Shown: positions 46,141 to 55,893 of the stretch, piece after piece
How the letters are laid out: the number at the start of each line of letters is the position of its first letter
Position numbering within the stretch: the stretch's first letter is position 1
From: Polyangiaceae bacterium
GTDB lineage: Bacteria; Myxococcota_A; Polyangia; Polyangiales; Polyangiaceae
DNA length: 64,000 nt
Reading direction: 5' to 3'
NCBI GenBank assembly: GCA_033763455.1
Contig: JANRKO010000074.1
Location: 54,715 to 118,714, forward strand
Notes under the pieces: generated by a model
The model's input: only the letters and a program-made list of their open reading frames with translations
Database searches by the model: none
What the model was told of the DNA's origin: nothing
Position numbers and translations under genes: made by a program

Positions 46141-46184
46141 AAATGAGAAAACGCCCAAAGCTAGTAAGGTCAGGCTTTGGGCGT
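46141..46184 (-). terminator. Rho-independent terminator
   Basis: ACGCCCAAAGC-N12-GCTTTGGGCGT 11-bp stem followed on the minus strand by a T-rich run, downstream of the 46228..46563 gene. Confidence 0.8.
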
Positions 46185-46227
46185 CTATTTTCGCTTTCGG
46201 ACGCTGTTTGGCGTTTCGAAAAGCGGC

Positions 46228-46563
46228 TTAGAACAGAGCTTTGAGCTCGACGGGGCTCTTCTTCCGCTGTGAGAGAATGTGGTTTACGGCACGCAGCAGA
46301 CGTTGCTTGTTGGGGCCGGTGACGCCCTTGGTGCTCGCTCGAGCGATGAGAACCAGGCTCGCGCCACGGCCGGAGCGCGGCTTCGTAACTGCTTTCTTGT
46401 CTTCGCCGGCAGCAGGCGCCGAGCCCTCTTTCTTGGAGTCACGCTTCTGGAGCTTCGCCATGCGATCTTCGAGCCGTAGGCGTTCCAACTCGTGCGAGGC
46501 CGCGACAACGCGCCGCGGATCGATTTTGTTTTCCTTCAGAAACTGGGCGAACTTGCTTTCCAT
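46228..46563 (-). CDS. Small basic hypothetical protein
   Basis: 111 aa from MESKFAQFL, Lys/Arg-rich, followed by a terminator. Confidence 0.75.
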   Translation of the reverse strand: MESKFAQFLKENKIDPRRVVAASHELERLRLEDRMAKLQKRDSKKEGSAPAAGEDKKAVTKPRSGRGASLVLIARASTKGVTGPNKQRLLRAVNHILSQRKKSPVELKALF

Positions 46564-46817
46564 AAACGTGAGACTCGCTTTAGACAGTGATTGGGGCGCA
46601 AAAGCGCACGAGATTGTTCGGGGGGCGGACGCTAGCACCAGGCGTTGCGTGGTCCAAGGTCCTCTTTCCTCGATCACCCCTGGACAAGAATTCAGTTGTG
46701 GCGGGAACGGGCCGCCGGGTGGTGCCTGCCCTTTCTCGATGTTTCGCGCGGCCTAGGTTGCCGTTCGGCACGTGAGTTGGCCCAGGTTGAGTTCTGAAGG
46801 CACTTTTAGGCCTGCTT

Positions 46818-47651
46818 ATGGATCCCAAGACTGATTTTAGTGTGGTTCAGGCGGCGGCGGCCGTGCGCGCTTTCGACGGAAGGGCGCCTCTAGTAGGCGC
46901 GGTGCTCGGGTCGGGCCTAGGGGATTTTGTGTCCGAGCTCGGAGATGCGACCGCTCTCGCCTTCGCTTCTATTCCGGGGATGCCCGCCTCAAGTGTGGCC
47001 GGGCATGCGGGGAAGTTGTGGCTTGGAACGCTAGGCGACGTCACCGTGGCTTGCTTGGCTGGTCGAGTTCACTCGTACGAGGGGCATCCTCCGGAACGTG
47101 TGGTTTTCGGCGCGCGCTTGTTGGCAGAACTTGGATGTAAAGCTGTAATTGTAACCAATGCGGCCGGCGGCATTCGCAAGGACCTTTCAGCCGGCGATTT
47201 GCTCTTGATCCGAGATCATTTGAACTTGAGTGGGCAAAGCCCGCTCGTGGGTCCTGCTCCTCCTCGTGGGGAACGTTTTGTAGACATGACGCGCGCGTAC
47301 GACCCTGCGCTGCTTGAGGCGGGGGAGCGAGCCGCGTTCGAGGCACAGATCCAGATAAAAATGGGTGTCTACGCCTCGCTTTTGGGCCCGAGTTACGAGA
47401 CCCCTGCGGAGGTGCGCATGTTGGGCACGCTGGGTGCGGATGCCGTGGGTATGAGCACGGTGCTCGAAGTGTTGGCCTTGCGTCAGCTGGGCGTACGCGT
47501 GGGTGGTCTGAGCCTGATTTCAAACCAAGCAGCGGGTATCTCCCAGGCCGAGCTTTCGCATGCTGAGGTTCAGGCAACAGCTCTCCAAGCTAAGCCAAAA
47601 TTGGCGCGCTTCATGCGGTTGTGGATCAAAAATTTAGCAGGCCTGCTATGA
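46818..47651 (+). CDS. punA: Purine nucleoside phosphorylase (trimeric type)
   Basis: VLGSGLG, GHAG, GRVHSYEG, TNAAGG, GPSYETPAE, GADAVGMSTV.E. Confidence 0.93.
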   Translation: MDPKTDFSVVQAAAAVRAFDGRAPLVGAVLGSGLGDFVSELGDATALAFASIPGMPASSVAGHAGKLWLGTLGDVTVACLAGRVHSYEGHPPERVVFGARLLAELGCKAVIVTNAAGGIRKDLSAGDLLLIRDHLNLSGQSPLVGPAPPRGERFVDMTRAYDPALLEAGERAAFEAQIQIKMGVYASLLGPSYETPAEVRMLGTLGADAVGMSTVLEVLALRQLGVRVGGLSLISNQAAGISQAELSHAEVQATALQAKPKLARFMRLWIKNLAGLL

Positions 47652-48055
47652 GTGACAAACAATCAATAACAGACCAAGAGTTGCTCGAAGCAGCGAGGCG
47701 TGCTCGGGCTCACGCCTACGCACCGTACTCCAAATTCTTGGTGGGAGCGGCCGTTCTCGGTCAAAGCGGGCGTGTTTTTAGCGGTTGCAACGTGGAAAAT
47801 GCGTCCTACGGAGCCACCATCTGCGCCGAGCGGGTAGCTATCACCAAGATGGTAAGCGAAGGCGAAATAGTGCCAGTTGCCGTCGCTATCTATACAGAGG
47901 CCGAAGAGCTCACGATGCCGTGCGGTGTGTGTCGGCAAGTGCTTCGGGAGTTCTCTCCAACACTCAGGGTGCTCGTGGGTGGCCCTCGCTCTCACGAGGA
48001 AATGTCATTGGCACAGCTTTTTCCTCGCCCCTTTTCCTTTTCAAAAGAACCTTGA
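47648..48055 (+). CDS. cdd: Cytidine deaminase
   Basis: AYAPYSKF.VGAA, GCNVENASYG.TICAER, PCGVCRQ. Confidence 0.97.
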   Translation: MSDKQSITDQELLEAARRARAHAYAPYSKFLVGAAVLGQSGRVFSGCNVENASYGATICAERVAITKMVSEGEIVPVAVAIYTEAEELTMPCGVCRQVLREFSPTLRVLVGGPRSHEEMSLAQLFPRPFSFSKEP

Positions 48056-48123
48056 GATTGCGCGGGCTGCGGCCTCCTTCGCCGGAGGTGCAAGCTCTCC
48101 CGAATCAAGCTATCCTTGTGGGC

Positions 48124-48864
48124 ATGGCCAGGCCTCAAGGTCCACTCCCGCAACTGATTGCGGGTAGTCCGCCAGAGCTTTTGGTCTACGACGAACCCCA
48201 GCGTTGCCCGTACCTACCGGATAGGATTGCGCGCATGCCGCTGCGCCTCCCTGCGCGTCAGCTGCGCGCACACGAGTTGGACCAACGCTTGAGTGTTGGA
48301 GATCGTCGGCAGGGGTTCGTGCTTTACCGTACATCTTGCGCCACGTGCCGCGCGTGCGAGCCGGTGCGTATTCCGGTTGAAACGTTTGAACGCAACCGAT
48401 CACATCGACGCATCTTCCGCCGTGGTGAGCGTGAGCTTTCAGTCGATATTGGTTTCCCGGTGGCGGATCAGGTTCGCGTTGATCTTTATAACAAGCACAA
48501 GCGCGGCAGAGGCCTAGGAGACGGGCAGCCTGATATTGATGTCGCCGGCTACCAGGATTTCTTGGTGAACAGCTGCTGCGAAAGCCTCGAGATCAGATTT
48601 CGCCTAGGGCAAGAATTGGTCGGCGTGGCCGTGGCGGATCGAGGAAAGTCTTCACTTTCTGCGGTCTATTGCTTCTACAATCCAGACCACCAACACTTGA
48701 GCCTTGGTACCTACGCGATCTTGAAGCAGCTTGAGCTGTGTCGCGACTGGGGGCTCAGTTATTTGTATTTAGGCTTGTACATCGCTGACAGCTCGGTCAT
48801 GCGTTACAAGGCTCGCTTTCTGCCCCACGAGCGTTTAATCGCAGGTGCCTGGCGCCGCTTTTAG
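48124..48864 (+). CDS. Bacterial arginyl/leucyl-tRNA-protein transferase (Ate/Bpt)
   Basis: CPYLP, GDRRQG..LYR..C..C.AC, LSAVYCFY.P, SLGTYAIL, YLYLG.YI, MRYK. Confidence 0.92.
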   Translation: MARPQGPLPQLIAGSPPELLVYDEPQRCPYLPDRIARMPLRLPARQLRAHELDQRLSVGDRRQGFVLYRTSCATCRACEPVRIPVETFERNRSHRRIFRRGERELSVDIGFPVADQVRVDLYNKHKRGRGLGDGQPDIDVAGYQDFLVNSCCESLEIRFRLGQELVGVAVADRGKSSLSAVYCFYNPDHQHLSLGTYAILKQLELCRDWGLSYLYLGLYIADSSVMRYKARFLPHERLIAGAWRRF

Positions 48865-48872
48865 GGTGCCGC

Positions 48873-51749
48873 TCAGCTGAGCGGTCGTCCTTCCGTCTCT
48901 TCGATTTGCGCCAGGGCCGCTGCCAACGCATCTTTGGCGCGCTCCAGCGAACCTCGATCTTGCTCCCACTTGGAGACGGCGTTTCGGTTCCGCTCTTGTT
49001 CGTCTTTCAGCGCTGAACGGGTTTCGCCGAGCTCGGTACCAAGGCTTTCTCGGGTAGCTGCGAGCTCCGTTCGAAGCTGGTCACGTTCATGGCTTAGCTC
49101 CGCAGCTCGACTCTGCGCCGCGGCCAATTCGGCGCCTAACTCCGCTTGGAGCCGCTCGGTATCTTCCTTCGCCTTCCGCTGGGCTTGTTCAATCTCAAGG
49201 GCAGCCTGGGTGCGCGCGGAATCGGCATCGCGCGCGAGGCGAATGCTCGTGTCGTGGAGCAATTCTTGAACCGAAGTAAGCTCCGTGCGCAGTGCCTCAG
49301 AATCAGCGCGTTCCTGGGCGTAGGCTGCCTCAAGCTCAGTGATCTTTTGCGTTAGTTGGCTAATGCGTTCGCTTGCTGCCGCCTGCTCTCGTTCACGTTC
49401 CGAACGAGTCTGTGCGTGTGCATGTTTTTCAGCGTCAAGGCTAGCTTCAGCGGTGCCGACCGCCTGCTCTAGCGCGAGCAGAGCTTGGGCGTTTTCGTCG
49501 TTCAAAGCCGCCAGGTGAGTGGCCAACGCGGCATCCCATTCAGCCTTCTGCTGGGAGAGTGTGGCTTCGGCTTGGGCTTGCGCTTGACGCAGTTGTGTCT
49601 GGTATTCGTCGACGGTGGCAGCAAGAGTTCGAGCGTGTTCAGCTTCTGCCGCGGAGGCTGCCTCGGCCTGGCTCCTCTCACGTTCGGCGAGGGCCTCGTT
49701 GTGTGCCCCAAGCTGTGCCGCGAGCGCCTGTTCGTGCTTGGCCTGAAGTTCGGCGAGGGCTTGGTCGTGAGCCGCCTGAAGTTCGGCGATGGTGCGTTCG
49801 TGTTCGATTTTTTGCTGCGAAAGAGCGGCCTCGCTTTGGGCCTTTAGGTCAGCCTCACGGAGGGCAAGCTCGTCTGCCGCCTGCTTTTTGAGCAGCTGCG
49901 AGGTGGCTGCAAGCTCTGCTTCGGCCGCAAGCTTCGCCTTCTCAAGTGCTTCACTGAGGTTGGCGTCGAAAGCCTGTTGGGCTTCGGCGACGGCGGCTTG
50001 CCGGCGTTCACCGAGCTCAGCGAGCTGAGCGGAGTATTGCGCATCCAGCTGTTCAAGTGAGAGCGCATGCTCTTCATCCTTCTTGCGCAGTTCAGCGTCA
50101 AGGCTGTTTCTGAGCTCCGCAAATTCACTGGCCTTCGCGTCGAATTCCGTTCTCAGCTTCTCAGCTTTGCGCTTGAAATCATCGGCGCGCTTATTCGCCT
50201 GGTCTTTATCGTTCTTGAATGCTTCGGCCGCACGCTCAAGTTCCGTCGCTCGCCGCTCCAGCTCCGTCGCGCGATCCGCGCTGTCGGCCTTTTCGCGCTC
50301 CAGCGAGAGCAAGTTGTCCCTCAGGCCAAGCAGCTCCTTCTCTTTGTGGCTCAGCTCATCCCGAACCTCCAGGATCTCTTTGTCCTTGCGGTTGAGCTGC
50401 TCGCGCAGATCGAGAAATTCCCTTGCGGAACCAGCGCCGGTCCCGGAGGAGAGCTTCGCTTTTGCGTCGTCCAGCTCCCTCCGCAGCTTCTGTACTTCGC
50501 CGTCTTTTGCCAAGCCACGCTGTAGGGTGTCGTCGAGCTGTTGCGCTCGGGCTCTGGCTTTTCCAAGCTCACCTTCAAGCTCGGCGATTCTACTCTCCAG
50601 CCGCGAACGCTCCTGATCGAACGTGATAGGAATGGAGGTGTTTGGGCGGGGAGGAAATGAGGAACCCCTCGGTGGGGAGGACGTGATGGGGCGTGTACTA
50701 GGATTTGCCGTGGGGATGTCGGGGACCCGGCTCGGCGGAGGCAAGGAGTCCACGGCGGGGTCGAATTCCCCGTCGGGAGCCATGTCCTCGAACGCCTCTT
50801 CGGCATCTAGGACCTCCATCTCAGCCTCAGCCGGCGCAGCTTCCGCCTCTAGCGGCGCGCCGGGAGCCTCGGCGTCTGTGGCTTCGGGGCTGACGGGCTC
50901 GGGCAACGCGCTTCCGAGCTCAAGCTCTTCAGCTGCTTGGTGGGCAAGCGTCTCGTCGTAGCTAACCTGTGAGTGTAGAGTCTGACTGCTCGTGGTGCGC
51001 AAGTCGGCGCTCATTTCCAGATCGGGTGTGCTTTCTAGCTCCAAGCTGGAAGTGACTGCCTGTGGTGGCTCCAGGTGTTGGGCTGCTTCCGCTGGGGTTT
51101 CCAAGATGGCGTCGAATGCGTTGTCCGCGAAATCCTCGACGTCCGCATCGACAATGCTCGGGCGCTCTTCAGCTTCAAATCCGGGCTCTTCGCTGTTGGG
51201 GCCAACTTCAATCTCGACCAGCTCTTCATCCAGCAACTCGGCGTCGAGCGCGGCGTCGAGCTCAGATTCGCTGACTTCTAGGGCTGGGGCCTCCTCAACC
51301 AAAGGATCCTCGTCGAGTAGGACCTCCTCGGCTTTGGATAAGCCGGGGGCCGCCTCGGGGGCTGCCTCGGGACCCGCAAGCGGAACGAACGGCCGGATCT
51401 TTTCTACTAGCTCGGTCACCCCGATGGGCTTGTGCAGGTAGTCCTCGGCGCGAGTGCGCAAGCGCCGGTGCTGCTCGAAGGTTTCCTCGGTGGAATCCGA
51501 ACTCATGATAATGAGAGGGACACTCTTGAGGGCTGCGTCACGCTTGAGCTTGTTGCAGACGCTGAACCCATTCATCTTGGGGAGCTCAATGGCCAGCAAG
51601 ACTAAGTCGGGCTTGTTGCTAGCGGCAGCTTGCAATCCCAATGTGGCATCATCCACCACCGTAACTTCACATCCGTAGGCTGCGAGGCCAGATTGAAGCT
51701 CGTGAGCGAACCCTGAATCACTCTCAAAAACCAGAACTTTGGTTGGCAT
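48873..51749 (-). CDS. aglZ: AglZ-like pseudo-receiver + long coiled-coil protein
   Basis: Receiver fold with VLVFESD and LVLLAIELP (phospho-Asp replaced by Ala), acidic/Pro linker, more than 500 aa of heptad coiled coil. Architecture and N-terminus recall Myxococcus AglZ; orthology not verified. Confidence 0.65.
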   Translation of the reverse strand: MPTKVLVFESDSGFAHELQSGLAAYGCEVTVVDDATLGLQAAASNKPDLVLLAIELPKMNGFSVCNKLKRDAALKSVPLIIMSSDSTEETFEQHRRLRTRAEDYLHKPIGVTELVEKIRPFVPLAGPEAAPEAAPGLSKAEEVLLDEDPLVEEAPALEVSESELDAALDAELLDEELVEIEVGPNSEEPGFEAEERPSIVDADVEDFADNAFDAILETPAEAAQHLEPPQAVTSSLELESTPDLEMSADLRTTSSQTLHSQVSYDETLAHQAAEELELGSALPEPVSPEATDAEAPGAPLEAEAAPAEAEMEVLDAEEAFEDMAPDGEFDPAVDSLPPPSRVPDIPTANPSTRPITSSPPRGSSFPPRPNTSIPITFDQERSRLESRIAELEGELGKARARAQQLDDTLQRGLAKDGEVQKLRRELDDAKAKLSSGTGAGSAREFLDLREQLNRKDKEILEVRDELSHKEKELLGLRDNLLSLEREKADSADRATELERRATELERAAEAFKNDKDQANKRADDFKRKAEKLRTEFDAKASEFAELRNSLDAELRKKDEEHALSLEQLDAQYSAQLAELGERRQAAVAEAQQAFDANLSEALEKAKLAAEAELAATSQLLKKQAADELALREADLKAQSEAALSQQKIEHERTIAELQAAHDQALAELQAKHEQALAAQLGAHNEALAERERSQAEAASAAEAEHARTLAATVDEYQTQLRQAQAQAEATLSQQKAEWDAALATHLAALNDENAQALLALEQAVGTAEASLDAEKHAHAQTRSEREREQAAASERISQLTQKITELEAAYAQERADSEALRTELTSVQELLHDTSIRLARDADSARTQAALEIEQAQRKAKEDTERLQAELGAELAAAQSRAAELSHERDQLRTELAATRESLGTELGETRSALKDEQERNRNAVSKWEQDRGSLERAKDALAAALAQIEETEGRPLS

Positions 51750-51878
51750 AGGACTCTTCTGCCGCCGAAAGCGAAAGCTCTGGCCGGGCACTTCCTTCAA
51801 GATATCGGCCGTAGCCGGGGGGGTCAAACTCGGCTTTCCGTCGGCTCAAAGGTCGCTCGATCGCTAAGCCTTGGGTGC

Positions 51879-52568
51879 TTAGCCCTTGGGAGTGCGCGAG
51901 GCTTTTTCCGCGTGACCGCTCATGTGGGTGCGACGATCAAGGGCTTCAATAACTGCGCGCAGAGAAACATCTCGCAGCCGGAGCCCCACCATCAGATGGT
52001 AGAGCAGATCAGCGGCTTCGGAGGCCACGCGTTCGGTTGATTCGTGCGCTAACGCTTCCCCAAGTTCACCCGCTTCTTCGGTGAGCTTCTCGCTGACCTT
52101 TACAGCACCGGCTTCCAGCAGTGAGCGCGTGTAACTCTTCTGCGCAGTGCTTGCGCGTCGAGCTTCGATGGTTTGTTCTAGCTGTTCAAGAAAAGGAACG
52201 CATTCCGACGCAAGATCTTCGAGCGAGCCGTCTGGGTTGAGTTGCCGAAAGAAACAGCTAGGGCGCCCCGTGTGGCACGTCGGGCCCAGCGCATCCACCA
52301 GCACGAGCAGCGTATCGGTGTCGCAATCGGCGACGATGGAGCGCACGCTGAGAAAATTACCGCTCGTTTCCCCCTTAATCCACAGGCGTTGCTTGGAACG
52401 ACTGAAGAACGTAACGCGCCCGGACGAAAGCGTTTGTTCGACGGCTTCGCGATTCATGAACCCCACCATGCGCACCTGCCCGGTGAGATAGTCTTGCGCC
52501 ACCGCTGGCAAAAGGCCTTCAGCATCGAATTTGAGGGACACGGGCGTGGTAGCGTTGGAGTGAGACAC
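51879..52568 (-). CDS. hisIE: Bifunctional phosphoribosyl-AMP cyclohydrolase / phosphoribosyl-ATP pyrophosphatase
   Basis: FFSRS..RLW.KGETSGN, DCDTD, CHTG..SCF, SYT, KL.EEAGE, EAADLLYH. Confidence 0.97.
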   Translation of the reverse strand: MSHSNATTPVSLKFDAEGLLPAVAQDYLTGQVRMVGFMNREAVEQTLSSGRVTFFSRSKQRLWIKGETSGNFLSVRSIVADCDTDTLLVLVDALGPTCHTGRPSCFFRQLNPDGSLEDLASECVPFLEQLEQTIEARRASTAQKSYTRSLLEAGAVKVSEKLTEEAGELGEALAHESTERVASEAADLLYHLMVGLRLRDVSLRAVIEALDRRTHMSGHAEKASRTPKG

Positions 52569-52882
52569 GGGCTTGCAGCCTAACCGGCGCGACTTCTGGG
52601 CTCAACGTGTCGCTCCACAGTTCCAGGTAGAAGATCGAATCGAGGACACAGCCCAAGCCAAGCAAGCCAAAACAGCGCATCAACGCTGCACAAGGGTTTC
52701 GAGATTAAGGCCGGCGCCCAACTGGGGATAGAGAGAAGCGTAGGGGGGATGCGCTCTCGTTCTCCATCGGCAGGGGAGGGGCGGGAGGTCTGCGACACTT
52801 CCTTGGAAGTGCCCCCAGCGGGCGCCGACGAGAATTAATCTAATACCGGCCGGCGCGCGCGCCAGGTGTTCCAGCAAAAAAA

Positions 52883-54115
52883 CTACACGCGTTCCAGAAT
52901 TGTAGCGATCCCCATGCCTCCGCCAATGCAGAGCGTTACGAGTGCGGTCGCTAGCCCTCGCCGCTCAAGTTCATCCAAAGCCGTCCCGACCAAAATGGCG
53001 CCGGTTGCACCGAGCGGGTGCCCGAGCGCGATGGCGCCGCCGTTCACATTCACCCGTGCAGGATCCAGCTCAAGCTCACGCATTGTCTGCAGGGGCACCG
53101 TAGCGAACGCTTCGTTGATCTCCCACAAATCGATGTCAGACGCTTGCATTTGGGCTTTCTTGAGCGCGCGCCGGGATGCGGGAGCAGGCGCCGTGAGCAT
53201 AATGATGGGTTCGGAACCGACGGTCGTGCAAGCGCGGATCCGGGCGCGAGGCTTAAGCTTTTGGTCGCGAACATAGCTCTCAGAAGCTAGGGCCACGAGG
53301 GCAGCACCATCCACAATTCCGCTGGAATTGCCTGCATGATGTAAATGGTGGATCTGCTTGGCCTGCGGGTAAGCGGCAAGGGCCATTTGATCGAGTGTTT
53401 CACCGTTGGGGCCCGCAGCCATTTGGCCTAGCTGTTCAAAGGCTGGTCGAAGCTGCGCGAGTGATTCGGTGGTTGTTTCTGGCCGTGGGAGCTCATCCTT
53501 TTCGAGGACAACTTCGCCAGCGTCGTTTTTCACAGCAAACAAGCTGCGCGCGAACCTGTTCTCCGCCATGGCATGCCCGGCTTTGCGCTGGCTTTCGGCG
53601 GCAAAGGTGTCCAGCGTTTCACGGCTAAAGCCTTCTAGTGTGGCGATCAGATCGGCGCTAATACCTTGGGGTACCTGGAAAATTCTCTTCCGAAGTTCGA
53701 GATTGTTGCCATCCATGCCGGCTTCATCCGAACCCATTGGAACCCGAGACATGCTTTCGACACCACCGGCCAGCACGAGATCCTGCTGACCGCTCATGAC
53801 GCCCATGGCCGCGAAATTGACGGCTTGGAGGCCTGAGCCGCAGAACCGATTCAAAGTAACGCCCGTCGTGGTTTGCGGCAGGGAAGAGCGAAGCACTGCA
53901 TTACGAGCGATATTCGCTCCTTGTTCCCGTACTTGGGTAACGGAGCCCACGATCAGATCTTCCACATCGGACGCGCCAAACGTTTTGCGGCCGATGAGCT
54001 GTTCGATTGTTTGTGCTAAAAGCTCCTGAGGATGAAGGCCGCTCAGGGCCCCTTTTCCGGCCTTTCCGCGACCACGGGGCGTGCGTACAGCATCGAGAAT
54101 GTAGGCGTAAGTCAT
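52883..54115 (-). CDS. Acetyl-CoA C-acyltransferase (thiolase)
   Basis: [30 protein letters not shown]. Confidence 0.96.
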   Translation of the reverse strand: MTYAYILDAVRTPRGRGKAGKGALSGLHPQELLAQTIEQLIGRKTFGASDVEDLIVGSVTQVREQGANIARNAVLRSSLPQTTTGVTLNRFCGSGLQAVNFAAMGVMSGQQDLVLAGGVESMSRVPMGSDEAGMDGNNLELRKRIFQVPQGISADLIATLEGFSRETLDTFAAESQRKAGHAMAENRFARSLFAVKNDAGEVVLEKDELPRPETTTESLAQLRPAFEQLGQMAAGPNGETLDQMALAAYPQAKQIHHLHHAGNSSGIVDGAALVALASESYVRDQKLKPRARIRACTTVGSEPIIMLTAPAPASRRALKKAQMQASDIDLWEINEAFATVPLQTMRELELDPARVNVNGGAIALGHPLGATGAILVGTALDELERRGLATALVTLCIGGGMGIATILERV

Positions 54116-54172
54116 GCGTTGTTTTCCTTATTCGAGGTGGGTGCTGGGGGCTGTTGGTCTGGCGTTTCGAGG

Positions 54173-55591
54173 CTATTCCTCAGGCGTTAGCGGCGGCACG
54201 GAGGCGCGGGCGAGGCCAGGAGTGGTGAGGCGGTCGGCAAGGTGTGTCACCAGGTCGATCTTGGTAACCAGCCCGGCAAGCTTGCCGTTGTCGAGTACGA
54301 GCGCGAGCTTCGCTTGCCCAAGCACGGTTTGAAGGAGCTCCACCTTCGTGTCGGGAGAAACAGTGGCGTAGTCGCTTTCGATGAGCGGCCCAATTGCAGT
54401 GTCTAAGGTGCCTGTTTGCGAGACGAGATGCCGCAACAAGTCCACCTCGTGCACGATTCCGAGCAAGGTATCCCTGTCTAGCACGGGAAGTTGGCTAATC
54501 CCCAAAGAGCGGAGCTTCGCGATGGCCTCGCGCACACTCGTTTCGGGGCTCGCGGTGATCAGGTGGTTCGACTTTTGGAGCAAGATATCGCGCACGGTGC
54601 CAAGGCTCGGCGCCTCCTCAAGAAAGCCATTTTCTCGCATCCAATTGTCGTTGAAAATCTTCGAGAGATACTTTTGTGCGGAATCGGGCAAGAGCACCAA
54701 GATGTTCATCTCGCGGTCCATCTTCTTGGCGTATTTGATGGCGCCAGCAACGGCCGCACCGGCGGAGCCCCCCACAAAGACGCCTTCCCGCCGCACCAGG
54801 TCTCGCGTCATCAAGAAGCACTCTTTATCGTCCACCCGTACGATATCATCCAAGATCGAGATGTTCATGGTTGAGGGCAGAAAGTCCTCGCCAATGCCTT
54901 CTACCTTGTACGAAAACGGCTGCGTGAGGCGCCCTGTTTTCACGAAATCGTAGTAGAGCGAGCCCACCGGATCTACGCCGATTAACTGGATGTTCGGGTT
55001 CTTCTCTTTCAGATATTTCCCGACGCCGCTCACTGTACCGCCCGTGCCCATGCCGGTTACAAACGCGTCGAGCTCGGCACCACATTGCTCCCAGATTTCG
55101 GGGCCCGTGGAGAGGTAGTGGGCTTCGGGGTTGGCGGGGTTGTGGTATTGATTGGCGTAGAAGCAATTGGGTGTTTCTTCAGATAGGCGCTTGGCCACGC
55201 TGTAGAAGCTCCGCGGGTCGTCGGCCTCCACAGCCGTGGGGCACACCACCACGCGCGCACCAAAGGCTCGAAGCGAATCGATTTTCTCCTGACTCATCTT
55301 ATCTGGCATCACAAACACGCAGCGATAACCTAAAACGGCTGCGTGCATGGCCAAAGCCGCCCCCGTGTTGCCGCTCGTGGCCTCAACGATGGTGCCGCCA
55401 GGCTTCAGGCCATTTTCAACCGCACGCTTCAGCAGGTTCTTAGCCACGCGATCTTTGTGGCTCCCGCCGGGGTTTAGAAATTCGCACTTCCCATACACCT
55501 TGGCCTTTATCCCCTCGGCTACCCGATGCAGCTGAATAATCGGCGTGCCACCGATGGCGTCAGTAATGTGCGAGAGAGCGCCCTTCATCAT
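54173..55591 (-). CDS. Cystathionine beta-synthase (PLP domain + CBS pair)
   Basis: NPGGSHKDR, EATSGNTG, GMGTGGT, EGIGEDF, C-terminal CBS domains. Confidence 0.93.
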   Translation of the reverse strand: MMKGALSHITDAIGGTPIIQLHRVAEGIKAKVYGKCEFLNPGGSHKDRVAKNLLKRAVENGLKPGGTIVEATSGNTGAALAMHAAVLGYRCVFVMPDKMSQEKIDSLRAFGARVVVCPTAVEADDPRSFYSVAKRLSEETPNCFYANQYHNPANPEAHYLSTGPEIWEQCGAELDAFVTGMGTGGTVSGVGKYLKEKNPNIQLIGVDPVGSLYYDFVKTGRLTQPFSYKVEGIGEDFLPSTMNISILDDIVRVDDKECFLMTRDLVRREGVFVGGSAGAAVAGAIKYAKKMDREMNILVLLPDSAQKYLSKIFNDNWMRENGFLEEAPSLGTVRDILLQKSNHLITASPETSVREAIAKLRSLGISQLPVLDRDTLLGIVHEVDLLRHLVSQTGTLDTAIGPLIESDYATVSPDTKVELLQTVLGQAKLALVLDNGKLAGLVTKIDLVTHLADRLTTPGLARASVPPLTPEE

Positions 55592-55893
55592 GGGCTAAGT
55601 ATGACGCCGTTTAGCCGTGGTACACACATGGTGCAGATCCGGCTCTGGGCCCGCACAGGGGAAAGGGGGAACAGTTGGGTTGTACGGCGCAGAAGTCCCT
55701 TCGGAACCAATATGCAAGCTCGTCGGAATACACAGTACGGCGCGCTTTTTGGTGGGGGGTACCCAAAAGTGGGCGAAGGTACACCTCCGTTGAGGAGCCA
55801 GCCTATCGCTATCTTAAGATCAGCGTGGAGGCAGCTGTGACCGGTGACGCCCAGTGGCGGCTCACAGCATTTCATGGGACCACTCTTGCAGGG

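Noticed and set aside
52580..52798. 72-aa ORF between hisIE and the thiolase
   Set aside because: No motif or clear ribosome-binding site; I cannot support it as a gene.
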